From the NCBI GenBank assembly GCA_902541695.1, contig CACBRT010000003.1, positions 2,437 to 66,436 of the forward strand: 64,000 nt of DNA. Direction: 5' to 3'. Shown piece after piece: positions 1-11,641 of this stretch; positions within the stretch are counted from its first letter, which is position 1; the number at the start of each line of letters is the position of its first letter. A program made the position numbers and the translations under genes. The notes below the pieces were generated by a model. It saw nothing but the letters and a program-made list of their open reading frames with translations, did not search any database and had not been told where the DNA came from. Source of the stretch: an uncultured Alphaproteobacteria bacterium. GTDB lineage: Bacteria > Pseudomonadota > Alphaproteobacteria > Rhodobacterales > Rhodobacteraceae.

Positions 1-775
1 CTGGACCAGATAATCCTCCACAGACAAAAAGTGTATCTAACTTTTCATTATTTCCACCTAATATATCTGTTCTAATTCCATCACCTATACAAAGTATTTT
101 TGGTGATTTTATATTAAATTTTTTTAATTTTGAATAAGCTAATTTATAAATCTTTTTGTGAGGTTTCCCACAATAAATGCTAATTCCACCTGCTTTTGTA
201 AATTCTGATGCAATTCCTCCAGCGCACCAAACTCTTGTTGCTCCATAATCAACAAAAATATCTGGATTTACACAAAGTAATTTGAGCTTATTCCTTACGC
301 CATATTTAATTATTGTTTTATAATCGTCAGGGGTTTCTTTTCTATCGTCAAATAAACCTGTACAGACTATTCCGTCTGCAGAATTTAGATCCACTCTAAT
401 TATATTTTTTTTTCTTTTTAAACTTTTAGGAATATCTGTAAAAAAACTTAAATCTCTTTCTGGCCCTAAATGAAATACTTGTGTTCCTACATCCCCAGAT
501 AACATGCTATGTTGTGCGGCGTCTCCAGATGTAGTTATATCGTCATAATATTTTTCTAGTATACCAAAATAGGTCAATTGTTTTTTCACGTCACTTTTCG
601 GTCTTGGGGCGTTTGTTAAAAGCATAACAAAACCACCTTTTTTTTTAAATTCAAAAATTGAGTCTATTGCTTTTTCATATGCTTTTTCTCCATTATGAAT
701 ACATCCCCATATATCGCAGAACAAAACATTATAGTTATAAGATATTTGACTTAAGCTTTTTATAATTCTAACCAT
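1..775 (-). CDS. HAD-superfamily hydrolase, subfamily IIA-like (C-terminus runs off the window start)
   Basis: Not in ORF track because it is open at the window edge. Hand translation from ATG (complement of 773-775): MVRIIKSLSQISYNYNVLFCDIWGCIHNGEKAYEKAIDSIFEFKKKGGFVMLLTNAPRP... HAD motif I-like FCDIWG, later CGKPH and IGDGIRTDILGG. Confidence 0.7.
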   Translation of the reverse strand, partial: MVRIIKSLSQISYNYNVLFCDIWGCIHNGEKAYEKAIDSIFEFKKKGGFVMLLTNAPRPKSDVKKQLTYFGILEKYYDDITTSGDAAQHSMLSGDVGTQVFHLGPERDLSFFTDIPKSLKRKKNIIRVDLNSADGIVCTGLFDDRKETPDDYKTIIKYGVRNKLKLLCVNPDIFVDYGATRVWCAGGIASEFTKAGGISIYCGKPHKKIYKLAYSKLKKFNIKSPKILCIGDGIRTDILGGNNEKLDTLFVCGGLSGP

Positions 776-862
776 AGTGAGCTAAGAAATTTTAACAATT
801 TAATAAAATTGTTATAAAAAAAAAAAAATATATATTAAAGCCCCATTTTTTTGTTTATTTGT

Positions 863-890
863 ATTGACTTAATAATTTAATTGCCTATTT
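863..890 (+). promoter_or_regulatory. RpoH (sigma-32)-type promoter candidate for groESL
   Basis: ATTG(863-866)-N17-CCTATTT(884-890) fits the alphaproteobacterial heat-shock promoter pattern CTTG-N17-CYTAT-NT apart from the first base. It also contains TTGACT (864-869). Confidence 0.35.
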
Positions 891-899
891 AGTTTATTG

Positions 900-926
900 T
901 TAGCACTTAACGACGGAGAGTGCTTT
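900..926. promoter_or_regulatory. CIRCE inverted repeat (HrcA operator)
   Basis: TTAGCACTT-N9-GAGTGCTTT versus consensus TTAGCACTC-N9-GAGTGCTAA, 41 nt upstream of the groES ATG. Confidence 0.8.
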
Positions 927-966
927 TTTTGATCCGTCTTAAATTTTGTAAAGGGAGCATAATAGT

Positions 967-2938
<1,972 letters not shown>

Positions 2939-2963
2939 TTCTACCCATTCATATTATTTACAG

Positions 2964-2987
2964 AAAGGGGCATTATTGCCCCTTTTT
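2964..2987 (+). terminator. intrinsic terminator hairpin after groEL (potentially bidirectional)
   Basis: AAAGGGGCA (2964-2972) / loop TTAT / TGCCCCTTT (2977-2985), perfect 9-bp stem running into T5. The purK stop codon (complement of 2973-2975) lies in the loop. Confidence 0.7.
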
Positions 2988-4052
2988 GTTTATGAAAGTA
3001 TTTATATGTCCCATTTTTCTATTAACTTTTGATTTATCTTTACCATAAATATTTATAGAATTTTCATGTTCAAAGTTTATATTGAAAATTTCATCTCCTA
3101 ACACATTTCTCATTTGAACATCGGAGTGTCTTTTGCCATCACCAACCGATCTACCTGTTATTGCTCTTATGTGTTGTTCAAATTGATTTATAATGCAACC
3201 AGTTTGCGTCCAATGACCTGAGTTGTGAACTCTTGGAGCCATTTCATTTACCAATAAATTATTATTCTTAGTCACAAAAAATTCAATTCCCATTACGCCT
3301 ATATAATTCAAACTTTTTAATATTTTACTTGCTATAATAACGGCATCGCTACTTAGGGAAAAACTGATATTTGCTGGTACTTTTGACTCAATAAGAATAC
3401 CATTATGGTGTTTATTTTCAGAAGGATCGTATGCGGAGATTTTTCCATTCATATCACGGCTAATAATAATTGAAATCTCTAATTTAAAATCAATTAATTT
3501 TTCAATTATTATCGTGTTATTTGAAAATTCATCTACTATATTCTCTATTTCATCATTTTTATGAATTATTTTTTGTCCTTTACCATCATAACCAAACCTA
3601 CTTGTTTTTAAAACTAAAGGGAGTCCTATTTTTTTAACACCAGCTATAATATCTTTATAAGAAGAAGCTTGTTCAAAAGGTACAGTTTGAATTCCTAATT
3701 TGTTAAGAAATTTTTTTTCCGTTATACGGTCTTGACATATTTCTAATGATTTCGAATTAGGGTATACTTTTGTAATTTTGTTGCAGAATTTTATAGTTTC
3801 TAATGGTATATTTTCAAATTCATAGGTAATTACATCAACTTTATTTGCAAAGTTTCTCAAACCTTTTTCGTCCATAAAATCGAACGTACTTGATAAATTG
3901 GTTACCTGTTTCGCAGGCGCATTTATATCAGGATCAAAAACATGAGATTTGAAACCTAATTGTGACGCTGACAAAGAAAGCATTTTTCCTAATTGGCCAC
4001 CTCCTAATATACCTATTTTAGAACCTATGGGTAATTTTTGTGGCTTAATCAT
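2973..4052 (-). CDS. purK: N5-carboxyaminoimidazole ribonucleotide synthase
   Basis: 359 aa ATP-grasp protein, N-terminal GILGGGQLGKML, overlaps purE by 8 nt. Confidence 0.9.
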   Translation of the reverse strand: MIKPQKLPIGSKIGILGGGQLGKMLSLSASQLGFKSHVFDPDINAPAKQVTNLSSTFDFMDEKGLRNFANKVDVITYEFENIPLETIKFCNKITKVYPNSKSLEICQDRITEKKFLNKLGIQTVPFEQASSYKDIIAGVKKIGLPLVLKTSRFGYDGKGQKIIHKNDEIENIVDEFSNNTIIIEKLIDFKLEISIIISRDMNGKISAYDPSENKHHNGILIESKVPANISFSLSSDAVIIASKILKSLNYIGVMGIEFFVTKNNNLLVNEMAPRVHNSGHWTQTGCIINQFEQHIRAITGRSVGDGKRHSDVQMRNVLGDEIFNINFEHENSINIYGKDKSKVNRKMGHINTFINKKGQ

Positions 4053-4533
4053 CTTTTGGAACCGTTGGAACTGTGGATGATTGCCTGTGATGCCAAATTT
4101 TTAATTTTTCATAAATTCTCTTATCATCTAATCCTAAAATTGAAATTGCAAAAATGGATGAATTAATAGCACCTGGTATACCAATTGCCATAGTTGCAAC
4201 AGGACAGCCCTTGGGCATTTGAACTATTGAATATAAACTATCAATTCCTGAAAGTGCTTCTGAGATTATGGGAACACCAATTACTGGTAACAAAGTTTTT
4301 GATGCTACCATACCAGGCAAATGAGCAGCCCCTCCTGCACCTGCAATAATAACTTTAATCTTTCTCTTTTGTGCATTTTTTGCATATTTATAAAGACGAT
4401 CTGGAGTTCTATGAGCTGAAATAATTTTTTTCTCATAATTTATATTAAATTCTTTTAATACATCACAAGCAAATTTCATGGTAGTCCAATCAGATTGGCT
4501 ACCCATTATTACACTTACTATTTTTTTTTTCAT
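4045..4533 (-). CDS. purE: N5-carboxyaminoimidazole ribonucleotide mutase
   Basis: 162 aa, VIMGSQSDW and GAGGAAHLPGMVAS motifs. Confidence 0.93.
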   Translation of the reverse strand: MKKKIVSVIMGSQSDWTTMKFACDVLKEFNINYEKKIISAHRTPDRLYKYAKNAQKRKIKVIIAGAGGAAHLPGMVASKTLLPVIGVPIISEALSGIDSLYSIVQMPKGCPVATMAIGIPGAINSSIFAISILGLDDKRIYEKLKIWHHRQSSTVPTVPKDD

Positions 4534-4657
4534 TATATTCCTAATATATTAAACTTACTAATCAGGTAATCCTAATATATGAATTTTTTTACAATTAAAT
4601 CAATTGTATTTATTATCATTTTAATTATATTAATATCCATAAACTAGGAAATCCAAA

Positions 4658-5074
4658 ATGGCTAGAATTTCATTTGCAGCACACCCTTTTTTGCTAGGCT
4701 TTGAGCAAATTGACAGGTTATTAGAGAAAACTATTAAATCAAGTAATGACGGTTTCCCTCCCTATAATATAGAACTATCAGACGATAATCATTATAAGAT
4801 AACTTTAGCTGTTGCAGGATTTAGTGAAGAGGAATTAAGTATCACCCTTGAGGAAAGGCAATTAATAATAACTGGTAAGCAAATCGACAAAGTAAATCAT
4901 AATACCTACATTTATAGGGGAATAGCGGCTAGGCATTTTCAAAAAACTTTTGTTTTAGCTGATGGGGTAGAGGTAAGTGGGGCAAGCCTAGAAAAAGGAT
5001 TATTGAATGTTTTTCTATTAAGAAAAAATCTAGAACCAAAAGTAAAGAAAATTAAAATTAATTCAGATGAATAA
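4658..5074 (+). CDS. small heat shock protein, Hsp20/alpha-crystallin family
   Basis: 138 aa, PPYNIE..DDNHYKITLAVAGFSEEELSI alpha-crystallin core (IbpA-like). Confidence 0.9.
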   Translation: MARISFAAHPFLLGFEQIDRLLEKTIKSSNDGFPPYNIELSDDNHYKITLAVAGFSEEELSITLEERQLIITGKQIDKVNHNTYIYRGIAARHFQKTFVLADGVEVSGASLEKGLLNVFLLRKNLEPKVKKIKINSDE

Positions 5075-5111
5075 TTTATGACTGATTTTGTTAAAAATAT
5101 TATTTAAAGTT

Positions 5112-6047
5112 TTATTTTTGTTCTGATAAAAACTTTTCTGCTTCTAATGCAGCCATGCATCCCATTCCAGCAGCTGTAACCGCTTGTCTATACTTAAAAT
5201 CAGTAATATCTCCAGCTGCAAAAACTCCAGGCACAGAAGTCTCTGTTGAATTTGGTCTAGTAACTACATAACCACCATTATGAAGCTCCAATTGATCTGT
5301 AATTAATTCATTAGAGGGAGCATGTCCTATAGCTACGAATACACCTTTGCATGATAATTCTGTCTCTTTGTCGTTACTTAAATTTTGAATTCTGATCCCT
5401 TTTACACTCAATGGATTTTCAGTTCCAATAATTTCTTTTACTACACTATTCCAAATAACTTCAATTTTTGAGTTACTAAATAATCTTTTTTGAAGTATTT
5501 TTTCAGCCCTTAAATTGTCCCTTCTATGAATTAATATTATTTTTTTTGCAAAGTTTGTTAGGAAAAGAGCTTCCTCTACAGCAGTATTACCTCCTCCAAT
5601 AACTGAAATCACTTCGTTCTTAAAGAAAAAACCATCACATGTTGCACATGCAGATACGCCAAAACCTTTATATTTATCTTCTGATTTTAAACCTAACCAT
5701 TTTGCTTGTGCGCCAGTTGCAAGAATAATTGAGTCAGCTTCATATTCAGTTCCATTATCGGATATTGCAATAAAAGGATATTTTTTCAAATTTAATTTAT
5801 TTACAGTTTCATTAATTATTGTTGTACCAGCTACTTTTGCGTGCTCTTCCAAATTTACCATAAGATCTGGTCCTTGTATTTCTTTTACGCCTGGCCAGTT
5901 TTCAACCTCAGTTGTTATAGTTAACTGACCACCTGGCTGTATTCCTTGTAACAGAATTGGTTTTAGTAATGCTCTGGAACCATATACTGCTGCAGTATAA
6001 CCTGCAGGCCCTGATCCAATAATTAATAATTTTGTTTTTTTTGACAT
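5112..6047 (-). CDS. trxB: thioredoxin-disulfide reductase
   Basis: 311 aa, GSGPAGYTAAVY FAD motif, redox CATCDG, GGGNTAVEEALFL NADPH motif. Confidence 0.95.
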   Translation of the reverse strand: MSKKTKLLIIGSGPAGYTAAVYGSRALLKPILLQGIQPGGQLTITTEVENWPGVKEIQGPDLMVNLEEHAKVAGTTIINETVNKLNLKKYPFIAISDNGTEYEADSIILATGAQAKWLGLKSEDKYKGFGVSACATCDGFFFKNEVISVIGGGNTAVEEALFLTNFAKKIILIHRRDNLRAEKILQKRLFSNSKIEVIWNSVVKEIIGTENPLSVKGIRIQNLSNDKETELSCKGVFVAIGHAPSNELITDQLELHNGGYVVTRPNSTETSVPGVFAAGDITDFKYRQAVTAAGMGCMAALEAEKFLSEQK

Positions 6048-6080
6048 TTAGTCTTCCATAATTTTGAATATTTATTACAT

Positions 6081-6836
6081 CTACATTTTTATTGTAGAAA
6101 TCATCCTTCCACAATCTCCAAGATTATTTTTTTGATTACGTCGATAAGAAAAAAAATTATTTTTCTCTGAAAAAGTACATCTTTTTAGGGTATGTATTTT
6201 ATTTATTCCAGTTGAAAATAATTTGAATGATATTAGACCTGGCAAATCAAAAAAAATTTTCCCATTTTTGTCAAAAGAAAAATATTTTTTGTATAGTTTA
6301 TTTTTGTGAATAAACTTTTTATAAAACTCAAGGCCAACTTCATAGTTATTTTTTTGGATACATGGCCCAACAGCTACACAAATATTTTCTAATTCTGAAC
6401 CTAATTCAATCATTTTTTTTAGAGTATTTTCAATAATATCGTTATATAAACCTTTCCAGCCTGTATGAGCAGCACCAATAATTTTATTTAGAGGATCTCC
6501 AAAAAGTAGAGGAGCACAATCAGCAGTAAGTATTCCTAAGCATAAACCTTTCTTAGAAGTAACCATTGAGTCACCTTCAACAGAATCAGGTTTTATTATA
6601 TCTTTTATTTGAACAACTTTTGAAGAATGTACTTGTTTAAGAGTAATTAAATTGCATGGAGGAATTTTCATTAATTCTGATACTCTCCCCCTATTTTTTG
6701 TTATTTTTAATGTACTATCGTCAGTTCCAAATTTACAATTTAAACTGTAGAATTCGTTATTAGATACACCACCTTTTCTTTTAAAAAAACCATGATTAAA
6801 CCTACTTAGTATATGTGATTTTAAAAATTTAGTCAT
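6081..6836 (-). CDS. pgeF: YfiH/PgeF-family (DUF152) laccase-domain protein
   Basis: 251 aa, LKQVHS..V, LTADCAPLLF, AAHTGWKG motifs. Confidence 0.8.
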   Translation of the reverse strand: MTKFLKSHILSRFNHGFFKRKGGVSNNEFYSLNCKFGTDDSTLKITKNRGRVSELMKIPPCNLITLKQVHSSKVVQIKDIIKPDSVEGDSMVTSKKGLCLGILTADCAPLLFGDPLNKIIGAAHTGWKGLYNDIIENTLKKMIELGSELENICVAVGPCIQKNNYEVGLEFYKKFIHKNKLYKKYFSFDKNGKIFFDLPGLISFKLFSTGINKIHTLKRCTFSEKNNFFSYRRNQKNNLGDCGRMISTIKM

Positions 6837-7927
6837 TAAACCTCTAAGCCAATTAATGGTGAAGATCCTTTATTTCTTATTCCCATTACTTTGAATAATT
6901 TCCCCATTTGGTTTTTATTAATCAATCTATTTAATGATTTATTATGCATTTTTAATTGATTTGGATCCATATTTTTTGAGAGAGAAAGAAATCGTTGTTC
7001 TATCCCTAAGCTTTTTAAAAAATCACCTTGATCAACTAAGTTAGAAACTTTTAATCCATAATATTGTGAATATTTTTTGATCATATTAAAATTTACTAAA
7101 CTAGTCAGATCACATTCACCATGATTTTCAAGAGGATTAGAGAATTGATGATTTTTTACTGCTTGCAAAGTACTACCTATATTATTATTTCTTCCATAAT
7201 CAATTATCAGACAAGCACCAAGATTTTTATTTAAATGATTTAATATAAAGGATAAATTTTTTTTAAGTTCAATAGAAATTTCAAATATATTATCCTCTGT
7301 TTGTTCTAAAAATGATAATTCTAAAGGAGGTTTGCTAATTTTTTTTAATTCAAAACAAAATTCGTCACAAATTGGATTTATAAAACTTTTTAGAGATACT
7401 ACAACTTCCATCCATTTGCAATTTTTCACAACATACTGATTTATAGGTAAAGCATCAAAAAACTCATTTGCAAAAATAACAGTGGGTACGTTTGGTAACT
7501 TCTCCAATTTTGCTTTCCAATTAACACAGTAGTCTTTAAGTTTTGTTTTTTGTAACTTCTTAAGAGCTGGAGATATTTCAATTAATGTAATTATTAATGA
7601 GTCGTGGAAGCCTTTAATTTTATTTGTAACTCTAAGTATGTCTGCCATTAAAGTTCCATTTCCAGGCCCTAGTTCAACTATTGAAAATTTAGAAGGCTTG
7701 TTATGGTCCAACCACACTTGTGCTATCCATAAACCAATTAACTCTCCAAACATCTGAGAAATTTCTGGACTTGTTATAAAATCTCCTTTTAATCCAATTG
7801 GACGGTTTTTGGTATAATAACCATAATCAGGATGTGTCAAACACATCTTCATATATTGAGAAACACTAATTCCGTTTTTTTTAATTATTGTTTCTTTAAT
7901 TAATTCAGTTAGTTTATTTTTTTTCAT
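6836..7927 (-). CDS. MidA-family (DUF185) SAM-dependent methyltransferase
   Basis: 363 aa, GDFITSPEISQMFGELIG and ELGPGNGTLMADIL motifs. Confidence 0.8.
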   Translation of the reverse strand: MKKNKLTELIKETIIKKNGISVSQYMKMCLTHPDYGYYTKNRPIGLKGDFITSPEISQMFGELIGLWIAQVWLDHNKPSKFSIVELGPGNGTLMADILRVTNKIKGFHDSLIITLIEISPALKKLQKTKLKDYCVNWKAKLEKLPNVPTVIFANEFFDALPINQYVVKNCKWMEVVVSLKSFINPICDEFCFELKKISKPPLELSFLEQTEDNIFEISIELKKNLSFILNHLNKNLGACLIIDYGRNNNIGSTLQAVKNHQFSNPLENHGECDLTSLVNFNMIKKYSQYYGLKVSNLVDQGDFLKSLGIEQRFLSLSKNMDPNQLKMHNKSLNRLINKNQMGKLFKVMGIRNKGSSPLIGLEV

Positions 7928-7930
7928 TAG

Positions 7931-8833
7931 TTATGAAATTTTTAAATTTGATTTTTTAAGAGACATTACAATCAAAATTAAACCAATTATAAACATCGGT
8001 ATAGATAGAGATTGCCCCATAGTAAAACCGAAATCTTTAGAAATCCAAATAACAAATCCGTTTGGATTCTCATTATATATATATTGAGGATCTGATTCTC
8101 TGTAAAATTCAACAAAAATTCTTGCAAAAGAATATCCACAGAAAAAAACTCCCATTGTTCTGCCAGGATGTTTTATAGATTTAAAGACAAAGACTAGAAT
8201 TAATAAAATAATTCCTAAAAGCAAACCTTCTAATAAAGCCTCATAAAGTTGTGAAGGGTGTCTTATACAAAATTCTAAATTCCATGTTTCTGGACAAATA
8301 CTTGCTGGTGGTTTTGTAAATTCTATCCCTAAGAAAAAAGTGGTAGGTTTTCCCCATAGTTCTTGATTTATAAAATTTGCTAAGCGACCCAAAAATAGGC
8401 CTGGTGGAGTACTAGCTGCGATTATGTCACCCATTGAAAGAATTGATTTATTATTCCTAATTGAGAAATATAAAGCCCCCATTATTACGCCAATAAAACC
8501 GCCATGGAATGACATTCCACCTTCCCAAAGATAAAAAATTCGAATAGGTGAATTCCAATAGAATTCTGGATTATAAATAATTACATAACCTAATCTACCA
8601 CCTAAAATTATTCCTAGTGTCAGATATGTCATTAAATCTTCAATATTTTGAGAATTTAAAAACGTTTTCTCTTCCCAAAGTGACTTTGTTTTAGTTATTA
8701 TGAAAATTAAATACCAGGCGCAGACAATACCAAAAATGTAGGACAATGAATACCATGTAAGTGAAAAAGGAATGCCTAGAATTTCAAAAGAAAGTGCATC
8801 TGGGTGTAAAAAATCAGGAAATCTATAATACAT
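7931..8833 (-). CDS. lgt: prolipoprotein diacylglyceryl transferase
   Basis: 300 aa polytopic membrane protein, GGMSFHGGFIGV and GRLANFINQELWG motifs. Confidence 0.93.
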   Translation of the reverse strand: MYYRFPDFLHPDALSFEILGIPFSLTWYSLSYIFGIVCAWYLIFIITKTKSLWEEKTFLNSQNIEDLMTYLTLGIILGGRLGYVIIYNPEFYWNSPIRIFYLWEGGMSFHGGFIGVIMGALYFSIRNNKSILSMGDIIAASTPPGLFLGRLANFINQELWGKPTTFFLGIEFTKPPASICPETWNLEFCIRHPSQLYEALLEGLLLGIILLILVFVFKSIKHPGRTMGVFFCGYSFARIFVEFYRESDPQYIYNENPNGFVIWISKDFGFTMGQSLSIPMFIIGLILIVMSLKKSNLKIS

Positions 8834-8920
8834 AGGGAATTATATTACTTGCCTTTTAAAATTTTATAACTAATTAATAATAATCTTTATTCCAAAAATA
8901 CTATTATTATAGGACTAGAA

Positions 8921-9202
8921 ATGCAAAGTAGAAATCAAATTATCGATGATTTAGCCAAACTTATCACAAATGCCGTTGGTTTAGCCCAAAACGCAACTGG
9001 TGAAATAGAAAATGCGGTTAGAAGTCTTCTAGATAGGTACTTAGCAGATAAAAGTTTAGTGACAAAAGAGGAATTTGATGTTTTAAAAGAAATCTTGTCT
9101 GGCCTTCAAAGTGAAATGACTACACTGAAAAAAGAAATAAGTACCCTTAAAACTAATTCTCGGTCTAAAACAATTTCAAATTCTAAGAAGAACTTTAAAT
9201 AA
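8921..9202 (+). CDS. UbiK/YqiC-family coiled-coil accessory protein
   Basis: 93 aa, IDDLAKLITNAVG..A......IE..VRSLLDR....LVTKEEFD pattern typical of the family. Confidence 0.6.
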   Translation: MQSRNQIIDDLAKLITNAVGLAQNATGEIENAVRSLLDRYLADKSLVTKEEFDVLKEILSGLQSEMTTLKKEISTLKTNSRSKTISNSKKNFK

Positions 9203-9321
9203 TAATACGCTCTATATTTTATTTTATCTGAAAATATTGTACTTAACTTATCAACATTTTGTGTTATATTAGTCTGTGATTACTACAATTTGTTACAAAA
9301 TCAATTGTATTGCAGAGCTAA

Positions 9322-9828
9322 ATGATAAAAATTCAAGAAGATTTAAAAGCTTATTTTGAAGCTAACCCGGTAACTAATTTTAAAAAATTGGCAAAATTAC
9401 AAAGTTGGGATTTAGTACATGATAGTTTTGAAACAACTTCTTTTTATGTCGAAGGAACTTGGAAGAACTATTTATATTCTTTACTATGGATAGAAAAAGA
9501 TCAGCAACTAAAATTGACTTGTGAATATAATTTAAAATTACCTAAAGAGAATAATAATCTTTTTTATAAATCAATAAATTTAGCAAATGAAAAATGCAAT
9601 GATGGTTATTTTACTTTTTGTGAGAACCATCATGTTTTAATTTTTCATAATCAATATAAAGGTTCTGATGCGCTTGAAATTGAAAGCAGGCGCACAAAGG
9701 AAATAATTATTGAAACTACTGCAAAAATGGATGAGTTTTATCCTGTATTTCAACTTATATCTTGTGGAAAAGAAAATCATGATATGGCCTTAAGTTTTGC
9801 AAGTAACCATACTTCTGGTTTTATATAA
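9322..9828 (+). CDS. YbjN-domain protein
   Basis: 168 aa. EGTWKNYLYSLLW...LKLTCEY and C-terminal EFYPVFQLISCGKE pattern. Sits upstream of proC as in other Alphaproteobacteria. Confidence 0.6.
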   Translation: MIKIQEDLKAYFEANPVTNFKKLAKLQSWDLVHDSFETTSFYVEGTWKNYLYSLLWIEKDQQLKLTCEYNLKLPKENNNLFYKSINLANEKCNDGYFTFCENHHVLIFHNQYKGSDALEIESRRTKEIIIETTAKMDEFYPVFQLISCGKENHDMALSFASNHTSGFI

Positions 9829-9888
9829 GCCCTGAGTAATTTGCTTATTATTACCTTTTTATAAATTTTAAATAAATTAAATAATATC

Positions 9889-10698
9889 ATGAAAAACATA
9901 TTGATTATTGGTGCGGGTAACATGGGTGAGGCAATGCTTAGAGGATGGATAAAAGATCGAAGTAACCTCAATCAGTTTTATGTACGAGAACCAAATCCTT
10001 CAGAATGGCTAAAAGAAATGGATTACAAAAATAGGCTAAGGTTAAATCCATTATACATAAAATGCAAAATAGATGTTTGTGTTTTTGCCATAAAACCCCA
10101 ATTAGCTGATCAAGTTATGATTAAAACTAAAAAAGATCTTGATAAAGATTGTTTAGTTATAAGTGTTATTGCTGGTAAGAATTTTAAGTTTTTTGCTTCT
10201 ATATTAAATGAGTCTTTGTCAGTTATCAGAGTTATGCCAAATACACCAGTATCTATTGAAGCAGGTGTATCAGCTTTAATTGGTAATAAATTTTGTACCC
10301 CATCACAAATTGAATGGGCGGATAATTTTTTTAGTATTTTAGGCAGAACAGTAATTCTTGAAAAAGAGAGTTTAATCAATGCTATTACCGCAATATCAGG
10401 TTCGGGCCCAGCTTACATTTTTAATTTAGCTGAAATTCTTATAAATTCAGGTAGAGATCTAGGCCTTTCGGAAGAAATTTCTAAAACAATTGTATTACAA
10501 ACTATTGTTGGCGCTGGTCTTCTCGCTACTAAAAGTGAAATAAGTCCATCTAAACTCAGGGAAAATGTTACTAGTCCAAATGGAACTACAGAAGCAGCAT
10601 TAAAGATCTTGATGAATGAAAAGAATGGGTGGCATCAAATAATTAATAGTGCAATAAATGCCGCTTATAAAAGAAGTAAACTTTTAGCAAAAAATTAA
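9889..10698 (+). CDS. proC: pyrroline-5-carboxylate reductase
   Basis: 269 aa, IIGAGNMGEAML Rossmann motif and SPNGTTEAAL signature. Confidence 0.92.
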   Translation: MKNILIIGAGNMGEAMLRGWIKDRSNLNQFYVREPNPSEWLKEMDYKNRLRLNPLYIKCKIDVCVFAIKPQLADQVMIKTKKDLDKDCLVISVIAGKNFKFFASILNESLSVIRVMPNTPVSIEAGVSALIGNKFCTPSQIEWADNFFSILGRTVILEKESLINAITAISGSGPAYIFNLAEILINSGRDLGLSEEISKTIVLQTIVGAGLLATKSEISPSKLRENVTSPNGTTEAALKILMNEKNGWHQIINSAINAAYKRSKLLAKN

Positions 10699-10721
10699 AG
10701 GAAAAAGAGGAAGGGATATTT

Positions 10722-11063
10722 GTGAGTGTTATTGATTTTAAAATGTTTGAAAGTATTGATATAAGAGTAGGAGAAATCAGAAAAGCAGAATCATATCCTG
10801 CGGCAAGGAAACCAGCATATAAACTTTGGATAAACTTTGGATCAAATATTGGAGAAAAGAAATCTTCTGCTCAAATTACAGAAAATTATAAACCTAACGA
10901 ATTAGTAGGAAAGAAAGTTTTAGCTATAATAAATTTAAAACCTAAACAAATTGGAAATTTCATTTCTGAAGTTTTAGTTTTAGGAGTTCCTGATATAAAT
11001 GAACAGGGAGTTGTTTTAGCTGTACCAGATAAAGCAACTAAGATTGGAAGTCGATTATATTAG
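10722..11063 (+). CDS. tRNA-binding domain protein (CsaA-like)
   Basis: 113 aa, GTG start after GAGGAAGGGA. DIRVGEI..AE....[12 protein letters not shown] pattern. Confidence 0.8.
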   Translation: MSVIDFKMFESIDIRVGEIRKAESYPAARKPAYKLWINFGSNIGEKKSSAQITENYKPNELVGKKVLAIINLKPKQIGNFISEVLVLGVPDINEQGVVLAVPDKATKIGSRLY

Positions 11064-11640
11064 CTTTTTTAATTTCTTTGCACCAATGTAGTCTACACAG
11101 CGATATATAGCTTTCATTTCCGCCAATTTGTATTTGTTCTCCTTTAATTATAACATTACCTTTTTCATCTAAACGGGCAACCATAGTAGCTTTTTTTCCA
11201 CAATGGCAGATGGTTTTTATTTCTTTTAGTTCGTCAGCTATTGATAATAAAACAAGAGAACCTGGAAAAAGATTACCTTGAAAATCAACCCTTAATCCAT
11301 AACAAAGAACAGGAATTTTCAAATCGTCAACAACTCTAGCAAGTTCCCAAACTTGTTTCTTAGATAGAAATTGAGCTTCATCTAAGAGTACACAATTTAA
11401 CTTTTTTTCTATATGCTTATCTTTTATCATTGAAAATAAGTCATCATTACCATCAAATTGTTGGGCTTTTTTTTCTATACCAATCCTACTGACTATCTTA
11501 GAATATCCAGATCTATCATCAAGTTTTGCAGTAATAAGTAAGGGTTCCATCCCGCGTTCTTTATAATTATAAGCTGCTTGCAATAATGTAGTAGACTTAC
11601 CAGCATTCATTGTTGAATAATAAAAATATAATTTTGCCAT
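11038..11640 (-). CDS. tdk: thymidine kinase
   Basis: 200 aa, [12 protein letters not shown]-loop, DEAQF, zinc-site CHCGKKAT...CRLH. Confidence 0.93.
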   Translation of the reverse strand: MAKLYFYYSTMNAGKSTTLLQAAYNYKERGMEPLLITAKLDDRSGYSKIVSRIGIEKKAQQFDGNDDLFSMIKDKHIEKKLNCVLLDEAQFLSKKQVWELARVVDDLKIPVLCYGLRVDFQGNLFPGSLVLLSIADELKEIKTICHCGKKATMVARLDEKGNVIIKGEQIQIGGNESYISLCRLHWCKEIKKANIIDFQS

Positions 11641-11641
11641 T

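Noticed and set aside
4534-4657. Heat-shock control elements (RpoH-type promoter, ROSE-like thermometer, CIRCE) upstream of the hsp20 gene.
   Set aside because: No spacing-correct CTTG-N17-CYTAT match, no CIRCE half-sites and no G+C-containing hairpin masking the RBS that I could find by eye.
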